From: an uncultured delta proteobacterium
GTDB taxonomy: Bacteria; Myxococcota_A; Polyangia; Fen-1088
NCBI GenBank assembly: GCA_963767925.1
Contig: CAVYGB010000001.1
Coordinates: 160,001-224,000 of the forward strand
DNA length: 64,000 nucleotides
Direction: 5' to 3'
Shown here in pieces: positions 18,970 to 29,151 of this stretch. Positions within the stretch are counted from its first letter, which is position 1. Every line of letters starts with the position of its first letter. The notes below the pieces were generated by a model. The model searched no databases. It was not told the origin of the DNA and saw nothing but the letters and a program-made list of their open reading frames with translations. The position numbers and the translations under genes were made by a program.

Positions 18970-21720
18970 ATGAACGGAATCCCCGAACGCTTGCCCTGCC
19001 TGCGGCGGGCTCCGAGCGCCCTTCTGCTCCTGCTGCTGGCGCTCGGCTGCGCCAGCGCCCAGGAGTCGGCCCGCGATCAGATGCAGGAGCTGCAGCAGCG
19101 GGCCCTGGCGGACCTGCGGCAGGGCCAGTCGGCGGCCGCGCGCCGGCGGCTGCTGGCGGCGGCGCGGGTCGGGACCGAGGCGGGGCTGGCCACCGATCCC
19201 GCCATGGCGCGAACCCAGCTCGCGCTCGGCGCGCTCTACGCGAAGGTGTTCCGGGACGACCGGCGGGCGGTGGCCTACATGAGTCGGGCGCTCGCCACCA
19301 GCCCCGACCTGCGCGTGCCGCCGGTGCTGGCGGGGCCGCGGGTGAATCAGGTGCTCAACCTGGCCCGCCTGCGCAACGCCAACCTGGCGCCGGCCGCGCA
19401 GCAGCCCTTCCGGCGGCAGCGCCAGGTGCCGCCGGTCGTCGTGCCGCCGGTGGCGGTCGCCCGCGCCGCGCCGGTGCCGCCGCCCCCCGCCCCGGGCGGC
19501 CGCAACAACCGCCGGATGCGCCCGGGCCGATCGACGGCCTTCGCCCAGCGGGCGCTCGCGGCCGAGCCGGTGGTGGAGTTCGTCCCCGAAGCGGCGCGCG
19601 GCGCGCCTGCCGCCGGCCAGGCGCGCGGGCGCGGACGTGGTCGGGTGGCCGCCGGTCCCGCCGGACGCCGGCGTCGCGGCCGGGCACCGGCCATCGCCCT
19701 CGTGGCGCCGCCCCCGGCGCGCCCGGCGTTCGTCGCCCCGCCCGTCGCGGTGGTGGCGCTTCCGGTGCCGATGCGTCCGCTGCTGCTGGCCGCCCCGGCC
19801 CCGCCTGTCTCCGTGGCGGTGGCGCCGCGGGCGCCGATGCGTCCGCTGCTGCTGGCCGCCCCGGCCCCGCCTGTCTCCGTGGCGGTGGCGCCGCGGGTGC
19901 CGATGCGTCCGCTGCTGCTGGCTGCCCCGGTCGAGGTGGTCTCCCTGAACGTGCCGCCGGATCTGTTCCGCGACCCCACCGCCGGCCTGGTGCCGCGCGC
20001 CTTCTCCGAGCGGGAGGCCGAGCTGGCCCGGACGCGGGTCGTCCCCGGTCGCGGGCGGACGGTCCCCATGGCCGGTGGGGCGGTGGCCACGGTGCCCGCC
20101 GCCGCGCCGCCGCCGGTGGGTTACGCCCCGGTCGCCGCGCCCGTGCCCCAGATGGCCCCGGGCGCTCCCGCCGCGGTGGTGGCCCAGGCGCCCGCCGCCG
20201 CGCGATCCGGAGCGTACGCGTACGCGCCCGTGCCGGTGGCACCGGTGGTGGTGGCCCAGGCGCCCGCGCCTGCCGCCGCTGATCCGCGCGCGGGGCAGGG
20301 CGCTCCCGCCCCCGCGATGGCCCAGGTGCCTGCCGCCGCTGCCGGGAGCGCCGGGCAGGGTGCTCCCGTTCCGGCGGTGGTGGCCCAGGCTCCCGCGGTG
20401 GCGTCTCCGCCCGGTTCCCGCGCAGGGCAGGGCGCCCTTGCCGGGGGAGCGGCCCCCGCCGTCGGTCAGGCGCCCGCGACCCCGGCCACCCCTCCGCCCG
20501 CCGTCGCCGAGGCGCCGCCCGCCGCCGAGCCCGAGCCGGAGATGCCGCCCACCGGCCAGCCCGCCTCTCCCGCGACGCCGGCCCCCGACGTGGCCGCGCG
20601 TCCGGGCGCCGAGCCCGCCCCCGGCACCACCGTCGCGTTGGCCTCCGGGCCCGCCGCCCTGCCGCCGGAGGAGCCGCCCCCGCCGCCACCCGAGCTGGCC
20701 TTCCCCGAAGGCCGCTCCGACCCGGTGTTCTGCCCGGTGCCGCTCGAGGCGCCGCCGTCGCAGGAGGTCCTGCTTCGCTGCGCCGTGCGGCCCGAGCTGA
20801 AGGCCGCCAACCTGATGTTGCACTACCGGCCGTCCGGGACCGAGACGTTCAGCGCGGTCTCGATGAGCTCCGCCGGCAACGGCGTCTTCCAGGGCGTCTT
20901 GCCGGCCGCCGCCACCTCGGGCAACTCGCTGCAGTTCTTCGTTCAGGCCGGCGGCCCGACAAAGGTCAACGTCGGCACCGCCGAGAGCCCCAACGTGGTG
21001 ATGGTGCGCGCCGGCGCCCTCCCGGTCGGCCTCGACGGCCCCGAAGCCGTCGCCGCCGACAGGGCCGCCGAGGAAGCCGCCGAAGCCGAGCGCATCCGCC
21101 GCGAGGACGACGACCCCCTCGCCGCCTCCGAGCTCCGGCGCGAGCTGGCCCTCATCCGCCGCCGCCCCGCCGGCAAGCTGTGGGTCGCCGCCGGCCTGGG
21201 CTCCGGCTACGGCTGGCAGCCCGGCTCGCCCCTCGAGTTTCGCCCCAACCGCCGCGTCGACTCCGGCCCCCTCGCCGCCGGCCTGGCCCACGCCCTGCCC
21301 GAAGTCGGCTACCAGCTCACCGATCGCCTGTCCCTGTCGCTGCAAGGCCGCCTGCAGTACCTCCCCGTCAAAGGCTCCGGCGACCCGCTGCCCGGAAAAC
21401 CCCGCCAGACCGCCCTCGCCGTCCTGGCCCGCGGCGCCTTCGCCTTCGGCGAGGGCCCCCTGCACGCCATCGCCACCGCCGCCCTGGGCGCCGGCCCCAA
21501 AAACGGCGGCTTCCGCCTGACCGTCCCGGACAACGCCAAGAGCGGCATGCCCCGCAGCGACACCGTCCGCGGCGGCCCCTTCCTCGCCGGTATCGGCGGC
21601 GGCGTCGTCTACCACTTCAGCCGCCGCATCTCCTTGCCCCTGGAGCTGCGCCTCCTGGCCGGCTTCCCGAGCTTCGCCGGCATCCTGGAAGCCGCCACCG
21701 GCCTCGCCATCGCGTTCTAG
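18970..21720 (+). CDS. Large exported protein: TPR-like N-terminus, long Pro/Ala repeat linker, Ig-like domain, C-terminal outer-membrane beta-barrel-like domain
   Basis: Lipobox LALGC; helical N-terminus; repeats; LHYRP...F....M Ig-like segment; amphipathic strands ending in the terminal F (GLAIAF). Confidence 0.65.
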   Translation: MNGIPERLPCLRRAPSALLLLLLALGCASAQESARDQMQELQQRALADLRQGQSAAARRRLLAAARVGTEAGLATDPAMARTQLALGALYAKVFRDDRRAVAYMSRALATSPDLRVPPVLAGPRVNQVLNLARLRNANLAPAAQQPFRRQRQVPPVVVPPVAVARAAPVPPPPAPGGRNNRRMRPGRSTAFAQRALAAEPVVEFVPEAARGAPAAGQARGRGRGRVAAGPAGRRRRGRAPAIALVAPPPARPAFVAPPVAVVALPVPMRPLLLAAPAPPVSVAVAPRAPMRPLLLAAPAPPVSVAVAPRVPMRPLLLAAPVEVVSLNVPPDLFRDPTAGLVPRAFSEREAELARTRVVPGRGRTVPMAGGAVATVPAAAPPPVGYAPVAAPVPQMAPGAPAAVVAQAPAAARSGAYAYAPVPVAPVVVAQAPAPAAADPRAGQGAPAPAMAQVPAAAAGSAGQGAPVPAVVAQAPAVASPPGSRAGQGALAGGAAPAVGQAPATPATPPPAVAEAPPAAEPEPEMPPTGQPASPATPAPDVAARPGAEPAPGTTVALASGPAALPPEEPPPPPPELAFPEGRSDPVFCPVPLEAPPSQEVLLRCAVRPELKAANLMLHYRPSGTETFSAVSMSSAGNGVFQGVLPAAATSGNSLQFFVQAGGPTKVNVGTAESPNVVMVRAGALPVGLDGPEAVAADRAAEEAAEAERIRREDDDPLAASELRRELALIRRRPAGKLWVAAGLGSGYGWQPGSPLEFRPNRRVDSGPLAAGLAHALPEVGYQLTDRLSLSLQGRLQYLPVKGSGDPLPGKPRQTALAVLARGAFAFGEGPLHAIATAALGAGPKNGGFRLTVPDNAKSGMPRSDTVRGGPFLAGIGGGVVYHFSRRISLPLELRLLAGFPSFAGILEAATGLAIAF
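19765..19931 (+). repeat. Intragenic 66-bp tandem repeat (about 2.5 copies; PMRPLLLAAPAPPVSVAVAPR)
   Basis: ccgatgcgtccgctgctgctggc recurs at 19768, 19834 and 19900. Confidence 0.9.
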
Positions 21721-21945
21721 TCCCACTCGTCGCCCACCCGCCGACCAGCCACGATTCCGCCCGGCCGCGGCCGGTCTTCCCACGAGCATTCGTGAAGACG
21801 CGGGCGGAGCGCACCCCACGGCGGACGGCGGGGAGAGGTGAAGGTCGCCCCGAGCTTCGGGCGTGAAGACGCGGTCGGGGTGCGGGCGAGCGGGTCTACC
21901 GCGTAGCCGGACGAGCCGGTGACGAGGTGGTGATGTGCTGTGGCT

Positions 21946-22962
21946 TCATGGGGTGAAGATGCAGGCGGGGGTGCCGCTGCATTCGGGGACCTTGGCGAGG
22001 AGGTCCTTGGCTTCGCCGGTGGACGAGGCGAGGAAGAAGGCGCAGGGGTCGCGCTTGATCTGTTCGAGGAAGGCGGGCATGCACTTGCGGGTCTGGTCGA
22101 CCGTCACGGCGCAGCCGCTCTTCGGGCGGCCGCCGCCGATGGCGCAGCGGCTGGGCCACTCGAAGGGGATCTTCTGGCCGTCGCAGTCGACGTCGGTGCC
22201 CTGGGCGGGCAGGCGGGTGCGGGCCAGGGCGGTGGTCCAGGCGCAGGCGGCCTCGAATTCGGGGGGCGCCAGCTCGGTGAGCTTCTTGCTGCCGGCCAGG
22301 TCCTCGAAGCGCGCGCTCCCGGCGCTGCCGGCGGCCGGCTTGCCGGCGGGGACGAAGCGGACCACGGGGGCCAGGGCGGCCTCGTTCTTGAGGTAGCTCT
22401 CGCGGAAGGCGAGGACGTCCTCGCGGCTGTAGCTGCTCTTGCCAGCCTGGAACTTCACGGTCGCCTGGACGGTTGTGTCGGGCTCCTTCTGGTAGGCGAT
22501 GGAGAACTGGGCCGGGCCGATCTTCATCTCCTCTCCGTCGGGCAAGGTGTCGGGCACGAAGCCCTCGGGGGCGTGGATGCGGTAGGCGAGCTCGAAGGCG
22601 TGGGGCGGCTCGAGCGCGAGCGTGTCGCCGATGGTCGGGGCGGTCGCCTCGGCCGACTGCGGGCGGAGCACCTCGGGCAACCCGCGAAACGGCAACCAGA
22701 CGTCGAGGCTGACCTCGACCGCGCCGTCGGTGAACTGGGCCACCTCCTCGGCCTCCCCCACCGCCGGGGTGGTCGCCGGATCCTGCACCACCCGGATCGA
22801 AGCGTCCGGCGCCAGCCAGAGCTCGCGCGCGAGCCGCACGGAATCGGGGGCCTTGCCCCCGGGCCACTGCTGCGTCCGAGCGCAGGGCGCTTGCGCGAGC
22901 GCGAGAAAGAGAAGCCCGATCAGACTTGCCGAACGCCCGTGGGTACCTGTCGCTGAAAACAC
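21946..22962 (-). CDS. Hypothetical exported protein (possible DUF3858-like segment plus Cys-rich C-terminal domain)
   Basis: GC3-biased ORF with signal-like N-terminus; YRIHAPEGF..DTLP segment; several Cys in the C-terminal domain. Confidence 0.55.
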   Translation of the reverse strand: MFSATGTHGRSASLIGLLFLALAQAPCARTQQWPGGKAPDSVRLARELWLAPDASIRVVQDPATTPAVGEAEEVAQFTDGAVEVSLDVWLPFRGLPEVLRPQSAEATAPTIGDTLALEPPHAFELAYRIHAPEGFVPDTLPDGEEMKIGPAQFSIAYQKEPDTTVQATVKFQAGKSSYSREDVLAFRESYLKNEAALAPVVRFVPAGKPAAGSAGSARFEDLAGSKKLTELAPPEFEAACAWTTALARTRLPAQGTDVDCDGQKIPFEWPSRCAIGGGRPKSGCAVTVDQTRKCMPAFLEQIKRDPCAFFLASSTGEAKDLLAKVPECSGTPACIFTP

Positions 22963-23063
22963 GGACGCATCGTACCCGTTTCCGTCGCGGATGGTGCGGC
23001 GTAACGGCGATTCACACCAAAGTCGAGCCGGCGGGCGGTGCGACCGGTCTGCCGTCCCGCGTT

Positions 23064-23219
23064 TCAGCCCGCCCGTGGCGGAAAAGGTTGCCAGCGCATG
23101 GCCCGAAACAGTCTGAGCCCGGGCGCGACCGTGGCGTTCTCGCCGTCTTCTGGCGCGTGGCGGAGGACCACCGCCGCGAGCGCCTTCAGGGTGTCCCGCG
23201 TGTCACCGTCGAGCTTCAT
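23064..23219 (-). pseudogene. 5' remnant of an AraC-family (AraC_N/YqhC-like) regulator
   Basis: MKLDGDTRDTLKALAAVVLRHAPEDGENATVAPGLRLFRA, then diverges and stops after 51 aa. Confidence 0.5.
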
Positions 23220-23314
23220 GGCTCGCGGTCGTCACGATGTCTCTCCTCGTACCGCTGCCCGACTGGGGGGTGCAGCAGGATTCGGCGTCAAGTCACCGAA
23301 CCTTTTGTCGGAGA

Positions 23315-23358
23315 CCCCTCACCCCACCCTCTCCCCGCTCCGCGGGGCGAGGGCGAAC
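23315..23358 (+). repeat. REP-like palindromic element
   Basis: CCCCTCACCCCACCCTCTCCCCGCTCCGCGGGGCGAGGGCGAAC; near-identical to the copies at 25037, 25223 (inverted) and 29107. Confidence 0.85.
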
Positions 23359-23395
23359 GGACAGCGGGGCGGGGAAATCTGTGGCGAATTCGCCG

Positions 23396-24295
23396 TCAGG
23401 CGGAGGCGCGCGCCAGGCGGGTGCGGAGGTGGGCGAGGGCGAGGTCGGCGAAGGCGCTGGCGGCGGGGACCTGGGCGCCGGGGAGCTGGACGATGTGGAT
23501 GGGGACGGGGGGCGGTTCGTGGGACTCGAGCAGGAGGCGCAGGCGCTTGCGCGCGACCAGGGCAGCGACCTGGTACGACAGGACGCGCACGAGACCCAGG
23601 CTGGCCAGCGCGGCGTCGACCGCGGCCTGGCCGGTGTTGACCACCAGGCGCGGGTGGACGGCGACGCTGCGCTCGCGGCGGCCGCCCTGGAAGAACGACC
23701 AGCGATCGGGGGTGGGGTTGGCGCCGGTGAAGGCGATGCAGGCATGTCCCGCGAGGTCGGCCGGCGCGCGCGGCGTCCCCCGGCGCCGCAGGTAGGCCGG
23801 GCTGGCGCACACGACCCAGCGGACGTGGCCGACCAGGCGGCTGCGCAGGGCCGAGTCGGGCAGCCCGCCGATGCGCACGGCGAGGTCCATCCCCTCCTCG
23901 GCGAGCGCGACGACCCGGTCGAGCAGCAGGAGGCGGACGTCGACCGCCGGGAACCGCTCGAGGAACGCGCGCACGAGCGGCAACACGTGGAGCTGTCCGA
24001 ACAGCACCGGCGCCGTCACCGCCAGCACCCCCCGCGGCTCGCTGGCCCCGCCCGCCTCGAGCGCCGCGAAGTCGGCCAGCACCCGGCGCCCGCGCTCGAG
24101 CAGGCGCGCTCCCGCGTCGGTCAGCGAGACCGCGCGCGTGGTGCGGTGGAGCAGGCGCGCCCCGACCCGCGCCTCGAGGGCGGCGACCGCCCGGGTCACC
24201 GCCTGGGGAGAGCGCCGATCCGCCCGGGCCGCCTCCCGGAAGCTCCGCCGCTCCGCCACCGCCGCGAACAGCCGCCACTCGTCGATGCGGTCCAT
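23396..24295 (-). CDS. LysR family transcriptional regulator (CrgA/DmlR-like)
   Basis: SFREAA..., LEARVGARLLHRTTRAVSLTDAG, DLAVRIG, ASPAYL; divergent from the PNPOx-like gene. Confidence 0.95.
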   Translation of the reverse strand: MDRIDEWRLFAAVAERRSFREAARADRRSPQAVTRAVAALEARVGARLLHRTTRAVSLTDAGARLLERGRRVLADFAALEAGGASEPRGVLAVTAPVLFGQLHVLPLVRAFLERFPAVDVRLLLLDRVVALAEEGMDLAVRIGGLPDSALRSRLVGHVRWVVCASPAYLRRRGTPRAPADLAGHACIAFTGANPTPDRWSFFQGGRRERSVAVHPRLVVNTGQAAVDAALASLGLVRVLSYQVAALVARKRLRLLLESHEPPPVPIHIVQLPGAQVPAASAFADLALAHLRTRLARASA

Positions 24296-24370
24296 TGTTC
24301 CTCTGAACGGAATACTCTAGCATAGGACGCGCCATTGTTCCGGAGGCTCGCCCGGCCCACCCTTTCCACC

Positions 24371-24991
24371 ATGGGCCATCACGCAATCGCCTCCGACGTC
24401 GCCTTCTCCCCCGCCGTCAAGCGCGTCCAGGAAGAGCGGGGCTCCCGCGCCGCCTACGCCCGCCAGGAGGCGCGCGGCGGCTTCGAGTCCGAGGTCACCC
24501 CCGAGCTCGCCGCCTTCCTCGCCGAGATCGACACCGCCTTTCTGGCCACCGCCAGCGCCGACGGCCAGCCCTACGTGCAGCACCGGGGCGGCCCCCCCGG
24601 CTTCATCCGCCCCCTCGACCCCCATACCCTCGGCTTCCTCGACCTGCCCGGCAACCGGCAATACGTCACCACCGGCAACCTGCGCGAAAACGACCGCGTC
24701 TGCCTCTTCCTGATGGACTATGCGCGCCGCGCCCGCGTGAAGGTCTGGGGCCACGCCCGCGTGGTCCCCGCCAGCGAGCCCGCCGCCGCCGCCCTCACCG
24801 GCACCGCTACCGCGCCCGGCGTCCGGGTCGAGCAGGCCGTCCTCATCACCGTGACCGCCTGGGACGCCAACTGCTCCAAACACATCCCCCAGAAAGTCGA
24901 CGCCACCGCCGCCGCCCAGCGCGTGCAGGCGCTAGAGCGGCGTATCGCCGCCCTAGAAAAGGAGATCCGCGCTCTCAACTCCCAGCGCTGA
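24371..24991 (+). CDS. Pyridoxamine 5'-phosphate oxidase-like FMN-binding protein
   Basis: PYVQHRGGPPGF, GNRQYVTTGNL, LFLMDY, WDANCSKHIP. Confidence 0.92.
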   Translation: MGHHAIASDVAFSPAVKRVQEERGSRAAYARQEARGGFESEVTPELAAFLAEIDTAFLATASADGQPYVQHRGGPPGFIRPLDPHTLGFLDLPGNRQYVTTGNLRENDRVCLFLMDYARRARVKVWGHARVVPASEPAAAALTGTATAPGVRVEQAVLITVTAWDANCSKHIPQKVDATAAAQRVQALERRIAALEKEIRALNSQR

Positions 24992-25036
24992 ACCCCGGTC
25001 GTCCCTGCGCGCTCGTCGATACCTGGAGCACCGGAG

Positions 25037-25083
25037 CCCCTCACCCCTCCCTGTCCCCCCACTGCCGCGGGGCGAGGGCGAAC
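25037..25083 (+). repeat. REP-like palindromic element
   Basis: CCCCTCACCCCTCCCTGTCCCCCACTGCCGCGGGGCGAGGGCGAAC. Confidence 0.8.
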
Positions 25084-25150
25084 AATCAGGCAGGGCAGCG
25101 GTCGTCTTCCGAGTGGTGCTCAGCGCGGAGTTGCCGGAGATGTTCGCTCT

Positions 25151-25220
25151 CCGTTGGCCGTTGGCCGTTGGCCGTTGGCCGTTGGCCGTTGGCCGTTGGC
25201 CGTTGGCCGTTGGCCGTTGG
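25151..25220. repeat. Heptanucleotide microsatellite (CCGTTGG)x10
   Basis: Ten perfect copies running into an inverted REP copy. Confidence 0.95.
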
Positions 25221-25222
25221 CC

Positions 25223-25268
25223 GTTCGCCCCTCGCCCCGCGGCAGCGGGGAGAGGGAGGGGTGAGGGG
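25223..25268 (-). repeat. REP-like palindromic element (inverted copy)
   Basis: GTTCGCCCCTCGCCCCGCGGCAGCGGGGAGAGGGAGGGGTGAGGGG. Confidence 0.85.
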
Positions 25269-25374
25269 TCTTCCGGCGTTCGAGGTTCAAGGCGCGGCCG
25301 TCCCTGGGGGGGCGGCGACCGCGCGCGGGGCGCGCCTCCTCGAATTAAGCTACCGCATCGGCGGCGAACGCCGG

Positions 25375-26442
25375 CTACTGCGCCGCGGGGCAGGGGATCG
25401 GTTTGTCGCCCCAGGCGAGGTCGTCGATGTACATCTCGATGGCGGTGTTGTTGCCGAAGTGGACGTGGCCAACCTTGAGCTGGCCGAAGGTGGGGGCGCG
25501 CCAGTCGCGGTTGCGGGCGCCGCCGGCGACGCAGACGCCCTGGTTGCCGGTCTGCTCGCCGTTCTGCACGGTCTGGCCGTCTAGCATCATCTTGTGCAGA
25601 TGGGTGCCGTCGGCGGCGCCCTTGAACTGCCACTGCACGCAGGCCCACTTGCCCTGGGGGAAGGGGGTGTCGGAGTCGACCGAGCAGTCGCCGGGGTGGT
25701 AGACCGACATGAACTTGCCGTACATCCCGCCGAGGATGTAGGTCGGGTTGCCGCCGCCGGCGTTCGAGGCGATGACGGTGTCGAAGTGGGCCTGACCGGG
25801 CAGGGTCTTGTGGAAGATCATCGCCCGGCCGTGCAGGTCGTTGCCGGGGAGCTGGCTCTGGATGTTGTTGAACACCAGGAAGGTCCCGGGGTAGGTGCCG
25901 CGCGACTTGATGACCACGGACTTGCTGCCGCTGAAGGCCTGGGTGCCGTCGACGGTCACGGTGCCGCCGCCCGAGCTCTGGATGCTGAACGTGCCCCGCG
26001 GCGACTGGCCCATCGCCTGCGCCTCGAAGTCGTCGCAGAAGCGCGCGCCCGCGCAGCGATCGCCGGGCGCGGCCGCCGGCGGTCCATCGCCGCCGCTGCG
26101 GTCCCCGCCGCCACCGTCGCGCGCGGCCGCCCTGTCGCCACCGCCCGCGTCTCGCGCCACCGGAGCGCCGCCGGTGCCGGCGCCGCCGCCACTTCCCGCG
26201 CTGCCGCCGCTCCCCCCGCCCGCACCGCTGCTGCCCGCCGCTCCGGCGCTCCCGGCGCTCCCGCTCGCGCCGCCGCTGCCGGCTGCACCCGCGTTGCCGC
26301 CGCCCGTTCCTGCCGCCGGGCTGGCGCTACCACCGCCGCCAGCGCTGCCCGCCGAGCCACCCGGCGCCGGTGAGCCGTTGTCACTGTCGCAAGATGCGAC
26401 ACCGAGGAGAAAGAGACCGCCAAGCAGCAAACGTTTGCGCAT
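25375..26442 (-). CDS. Lipoprotein with Gly/Ser linker and concanavalin/LamG-like beta-sandwich domain
   Basis: Lipobox VASC; FCDDFE, VDGTQAFSGSKS, GKWACVQWQF, MYIDDL. Confidence 0.7.
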   Translation of the reverse strand: MRKRLLLGGLFLLGVASCDSDNGSPAPGGSAGSAGGGGSASPAAGTGGGNAGAAGSGGASGSAGSAGAAGSSGAGGGSGGSAGSGGGAGTGGAPVARDAGGGDRAAARDGGGGDRSGGDGPPAAAPGDRCAGARFCDDFEAQAMGQSPRGTFSIQSSGGGTVTVDGTQAFSGSKSVVIKSRGTYPGTFLVFNNIQSQLPGNDLHGRAMIFHKTLPGQAHFDTVIASNAGGGNPTYILGGMYGKFMSVYHPGDCSVDSDTPFPQGKWACVQWQFKGAADGTHLHKMMLDGQTVQNGEQTGNQGVCVAGGARNRDWRAPTFGQLKVGHVHFGNNTAIEMYIDDLAWGDKPIPCPAAQ

Positions 26443-26604
26443 GGCCACGCACGATATACACACCCGGACCTGGATCACAGCATGGAACGATCCATGTGCC
26501 GCTTCGGCGCACCCAGAGGCGCTCCGGCGTCGCCGGGAACGCCGGGAACGCCTCGTGATCGCGCCCTTTCACGCGATCAGCCCCCGTACCCCCGACCGAC
26601 CCCC

Positions 26605-28110
26605 TCAATCTATGGTGCGGGTGGCGCAGCCGAAGAGGAGGTCGACGCGGGCGGTGGGGTCGGTGCGGAGGCGGGCGCAGCTCGCGGGGCAGATCACCAG
26701 GCGGGCGGGGGGCGCGCCGGGCGCGGGGGTTTCGTAGTACCAGCCGCCGCGGTCGGGGAGGCAGCGATCGGCGGCGGGGACCTGGGCGAGCTCCTCGACC
26801 GTTCTGGCGCTGGTGGTGCGCACGTTGACCCGGGCCAGATCGAGGGCGCCGGTGGCCGGGCGGGGGATGGCGTATTCGCAGGCCACCGCCTGGCCGCGGA
26901 TGGTCTGCAGCGCCTCGAGCAAGCGCTGGCTGAGGTCGTCGCCGGTGGTCAGGATGAACGGCGCGCCGGTGCCGCCCGCGCTGGCGAAGCGCTCGAGCGC
27001 GGGCCGGGCCTCGGCCAGCCCATTCGCCCCGAACACCCCCACCACGTAGCTGGGGATCGACGGGGCGCCGCTGCGGCCCTGCTCGAGCCGGCTGACAACC
27101 GCCTCCACCGGCTGCGCCTCCCCGCATCCGGGGGACGGAAGCCCGTCGGTGGCGAGCACCAGCGCCGCGCGCCGCCCGGGCTGGCTGCTGGCGCGCGCGC
27201 GGAGGAAGGCGAGCGCCGCCTGCGCCGCCACCGGCAGCGGCGTCGACCCGTCGGGCGCGCGCGCGGCCAGGGCGGCGGTCAGCGGGCCCGCCTGCGCCGG
27301 GAGCTCGCCGACCTCAACGTCGAGGCGCTGGTAGGGCGCCCGATCGCAGCCCCCGCCCTGGATCAGGCAGACGCCGGGGTCGATCCGGCAGGTGTCGCCG
27401 GCGGCGCCCGAGCAGGGCGCGCCCTCCACGCAGGGCCCGCCGCCGAGCGGGCAGCGCCCCTGCGGCAGGCACATCATTCCCGCCGGGCAGTTGAAAGGGC
27501 TCATGTAGTTCGGCGCGCAGGCCCGGTTGGTGATGACCGGCAGCCCGGGCGCGAAGCAGAAGCCCTGTTTACGACAGGCCCGCTCGACCGCCGGTGAGAC
27601 CGCCGCGCAGTCGCCGTCCTGCTGGCAGGCGGTCGTCGCGGGTGGCGTCGTGCTGGGGAAGAACAGCAACCCAACGCCCAGCCCGGCCGAGGCGGGATCC
27701 CCCACGAACGCCTGCAGCGCCTGCCGGGTCAGCTCCCACTTCGATCGGGCGCCGCTGAGCTGGTTCATCGAGTCCGACGTGTCGACGAGCAGCAGCAGGT
27801 CCACCGGCGCGCGCTCGGCGGTGTGCACCTCGCTGGCGCAGGTCCCGACCGCCGGCGGCGCACCCGCGCCCGGCCCCGGCTCGGGCAACACAAGCCCCGG
27901 CCCGCTCGCCGGAGCGCCCCCGCCCGCCGCGCCCCCACCCGGCCCGGGCGGCCCCGGCGCGAGCGCCGGCTCCAGCCCCCCCTCGACGGACGCGGCCCGG
28001 CACCCGCCCAGCGCGCCGCATGCGGCCACGACCAGCGCCACCGCCAGGGTCGCCCGGTGCCCCCGCGGGGCCACCCGCTCGACGGGCCCGATCCCGGATC
28101 TGCCAGCCAT
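26605..28110 (-). CDS. vWA domain lipoprotein with Cys-rich insert (myxobacterial type)
   Basis: Lipobox LGGC; MIDAS motif DLLLLVDTSDSM, STP, LATDGLP, SYVVGV; C-terminal CEYAIP...CPASC...FGCAT. Confidence 0.85.
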   Translation of the reverse strand: MAGRSGIGPVERVAPRGHRATLAVALVVAACGALGGCRAASVEGGLEPALAPGPPGPGGGAAGGGAPASGPGLVLPEPGPGAGAPPAVGTCASEVHTAERAPVDLLLLVDTSDSMNQLSGARSKWELTRQALQAFVGDPASAGLGVGLLFFPSTTPPATTACQQDGDCAAVSPAVERACRKQGFCFAPGLPVITNRACAPNYMSPFNCPAGMMCLPQGRCPLGGGPCVEGAPCSGAAGDTCRIDPGVCLIQGGGCDRAPYQRLDVEVGELPAQAGPLTAALAARAPDGSTPLPVAAQAALAFLRARASSQPGRRAALVLATDGLPSPGCGEAQPVEAVVSRLEQGRSGAPSIPSYVVGVFGANGLAEARPALERFASAGGTGAPFILTTGDDLSQRLLEALQTIRGQAVACEYAIPRPATGALDLARVNVRTTSARTVEELAQVPAADRCLPDRGGWYYETPAPGAPPARLVICPASCARLRTDPTARVDLLFGCATRTID

Positions 28111-28319
28111 GCCGGCACGATACCCCGTGCGCTGCCGCCCGGGCGCGCCCCTTCCGCTCGGATGCGGTTACCGCCCGTGAACCCTCCCGACGCCACCTGG
28201 AAACCGCGCTTGCCCCGCCGGCAGCGGCCGGCCGGCAACCGGTTCGAAATCGTTTTCATACGGCGGTTTGCCTGCACGGCAACCCACGCGAAAAACCTCC
28301 GGCCTTACGCTTTCGGCCC

Positions 28320-29060
28320 ATGAAGTCTCGCATCTGCCTCCCTCACCTCGGTCTCGTGTGCGTCTCTGTGCTCGCGCTCGGCCCCGCGCCCGGCTGCTCG
28401 TCGATGGCCGGCACCCGCTCCCAGGAGGGCCTGCCCCGGATCGGGCTTCAGCGGGGCGCCCGCACCTCGTCGCTCACCGTGCAGCCGCCCTATCTTTGGG
28501 GCCCACACTTCGGGCTCATGCTGAAGAACCGCGCCCTGACCGGCTGGGTGTCCGGCGAGCTGGCCCGCCCGGGCACCATGCGCGTGCAGATCGACGAGGA
28601 GGGCGCCGCCGGCTTCGGCCCCCTCGGACCGGTCTCGCTCGACTTCGAGACCGTCGACGGCAGCAGCCGGGTCGAGGGGCTGTGGAACGGGAGCTGGGCC
28701 CGCCTGCAGGTCGAGCGGGACGCCCTGCACGCCTCCTTCGCGGTCAACACCGCCGCCCACAGCCAGGCCGGGCGCGCCGACCTCGACGTCATGGCGCCGC
28801 CCGCCGAGGACGCCTCCTGCCAGTACGTCCTCGACGAGGCCTGCGCCGAGAGCTGCCTGGCGGGCATCTCGATCTGCACCGGGATCCCCCAGCAGACCCG
28901 CCTGGCGATCTCGCCCGGCGCCTTCACCCGCCTCAGCACGCCGGAGCTGCTCACCGTACTTGTGGCGGTCCTGGCCGCCCCCCCGCTGGCCCAGGCCGAG
29001 GCCCACCCCTTCCCCCTCGACGTCATCGAGGCCGACCGCGACCGCGACCTGTTTCGCTAG
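28320..29060 (+). CDS. Hypothetical lipoprotein
   Basis: Signal ending in APGC; strong GC3 bias. Confidence 0.65.
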   Translation: MKSRICLPHLGLVCVSVLALGPAPGCSSMAGTRSQEGLPRIGLQRGARTSSLTVQPPYLWGPHFGLMLKNRALTGWVSGELARPGTMRVQIDEEGAAGFGPLGPVSLDFETVDGSSRVEGLWNGSWARLQVERDALHASFAVNTAAHSQAGRADLDVMAPPAEDASCQYVLDEACAESCLAGISICTGIPQQTRLAISPGAFTRLSTPELLTVLVAVLAAPPLAQAEAHPFPLDVIEADRDRDLFR

Positions 29061-29106
29061 CCGGGCCCGCGCGGGGCGAACGACCTCCGGCAGGCGACCG
29101 CCGGAG

Positions 29107-29151
29107 CCCCTCACCCCACCCTCTCCCCGCTGCCGCGGGGCGAGGGCGAAC
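29107..29151 (+). repeat. REP-like palindromic element
   Basis: CCCCTCACCCCACCCTCTCCCCGCTGCCGCGGGGCGAGGGCGAAC. Confidence 0.85.

Noticed and set aside
18694..21819. Long antisense ORF (1041 aa) and similar shadow ORFs (e.g. 32807..35578, 8686..11193)
   Set aside because: These are stop-poor antisense or alternative frames of real GC-rich genes, with no motifs.
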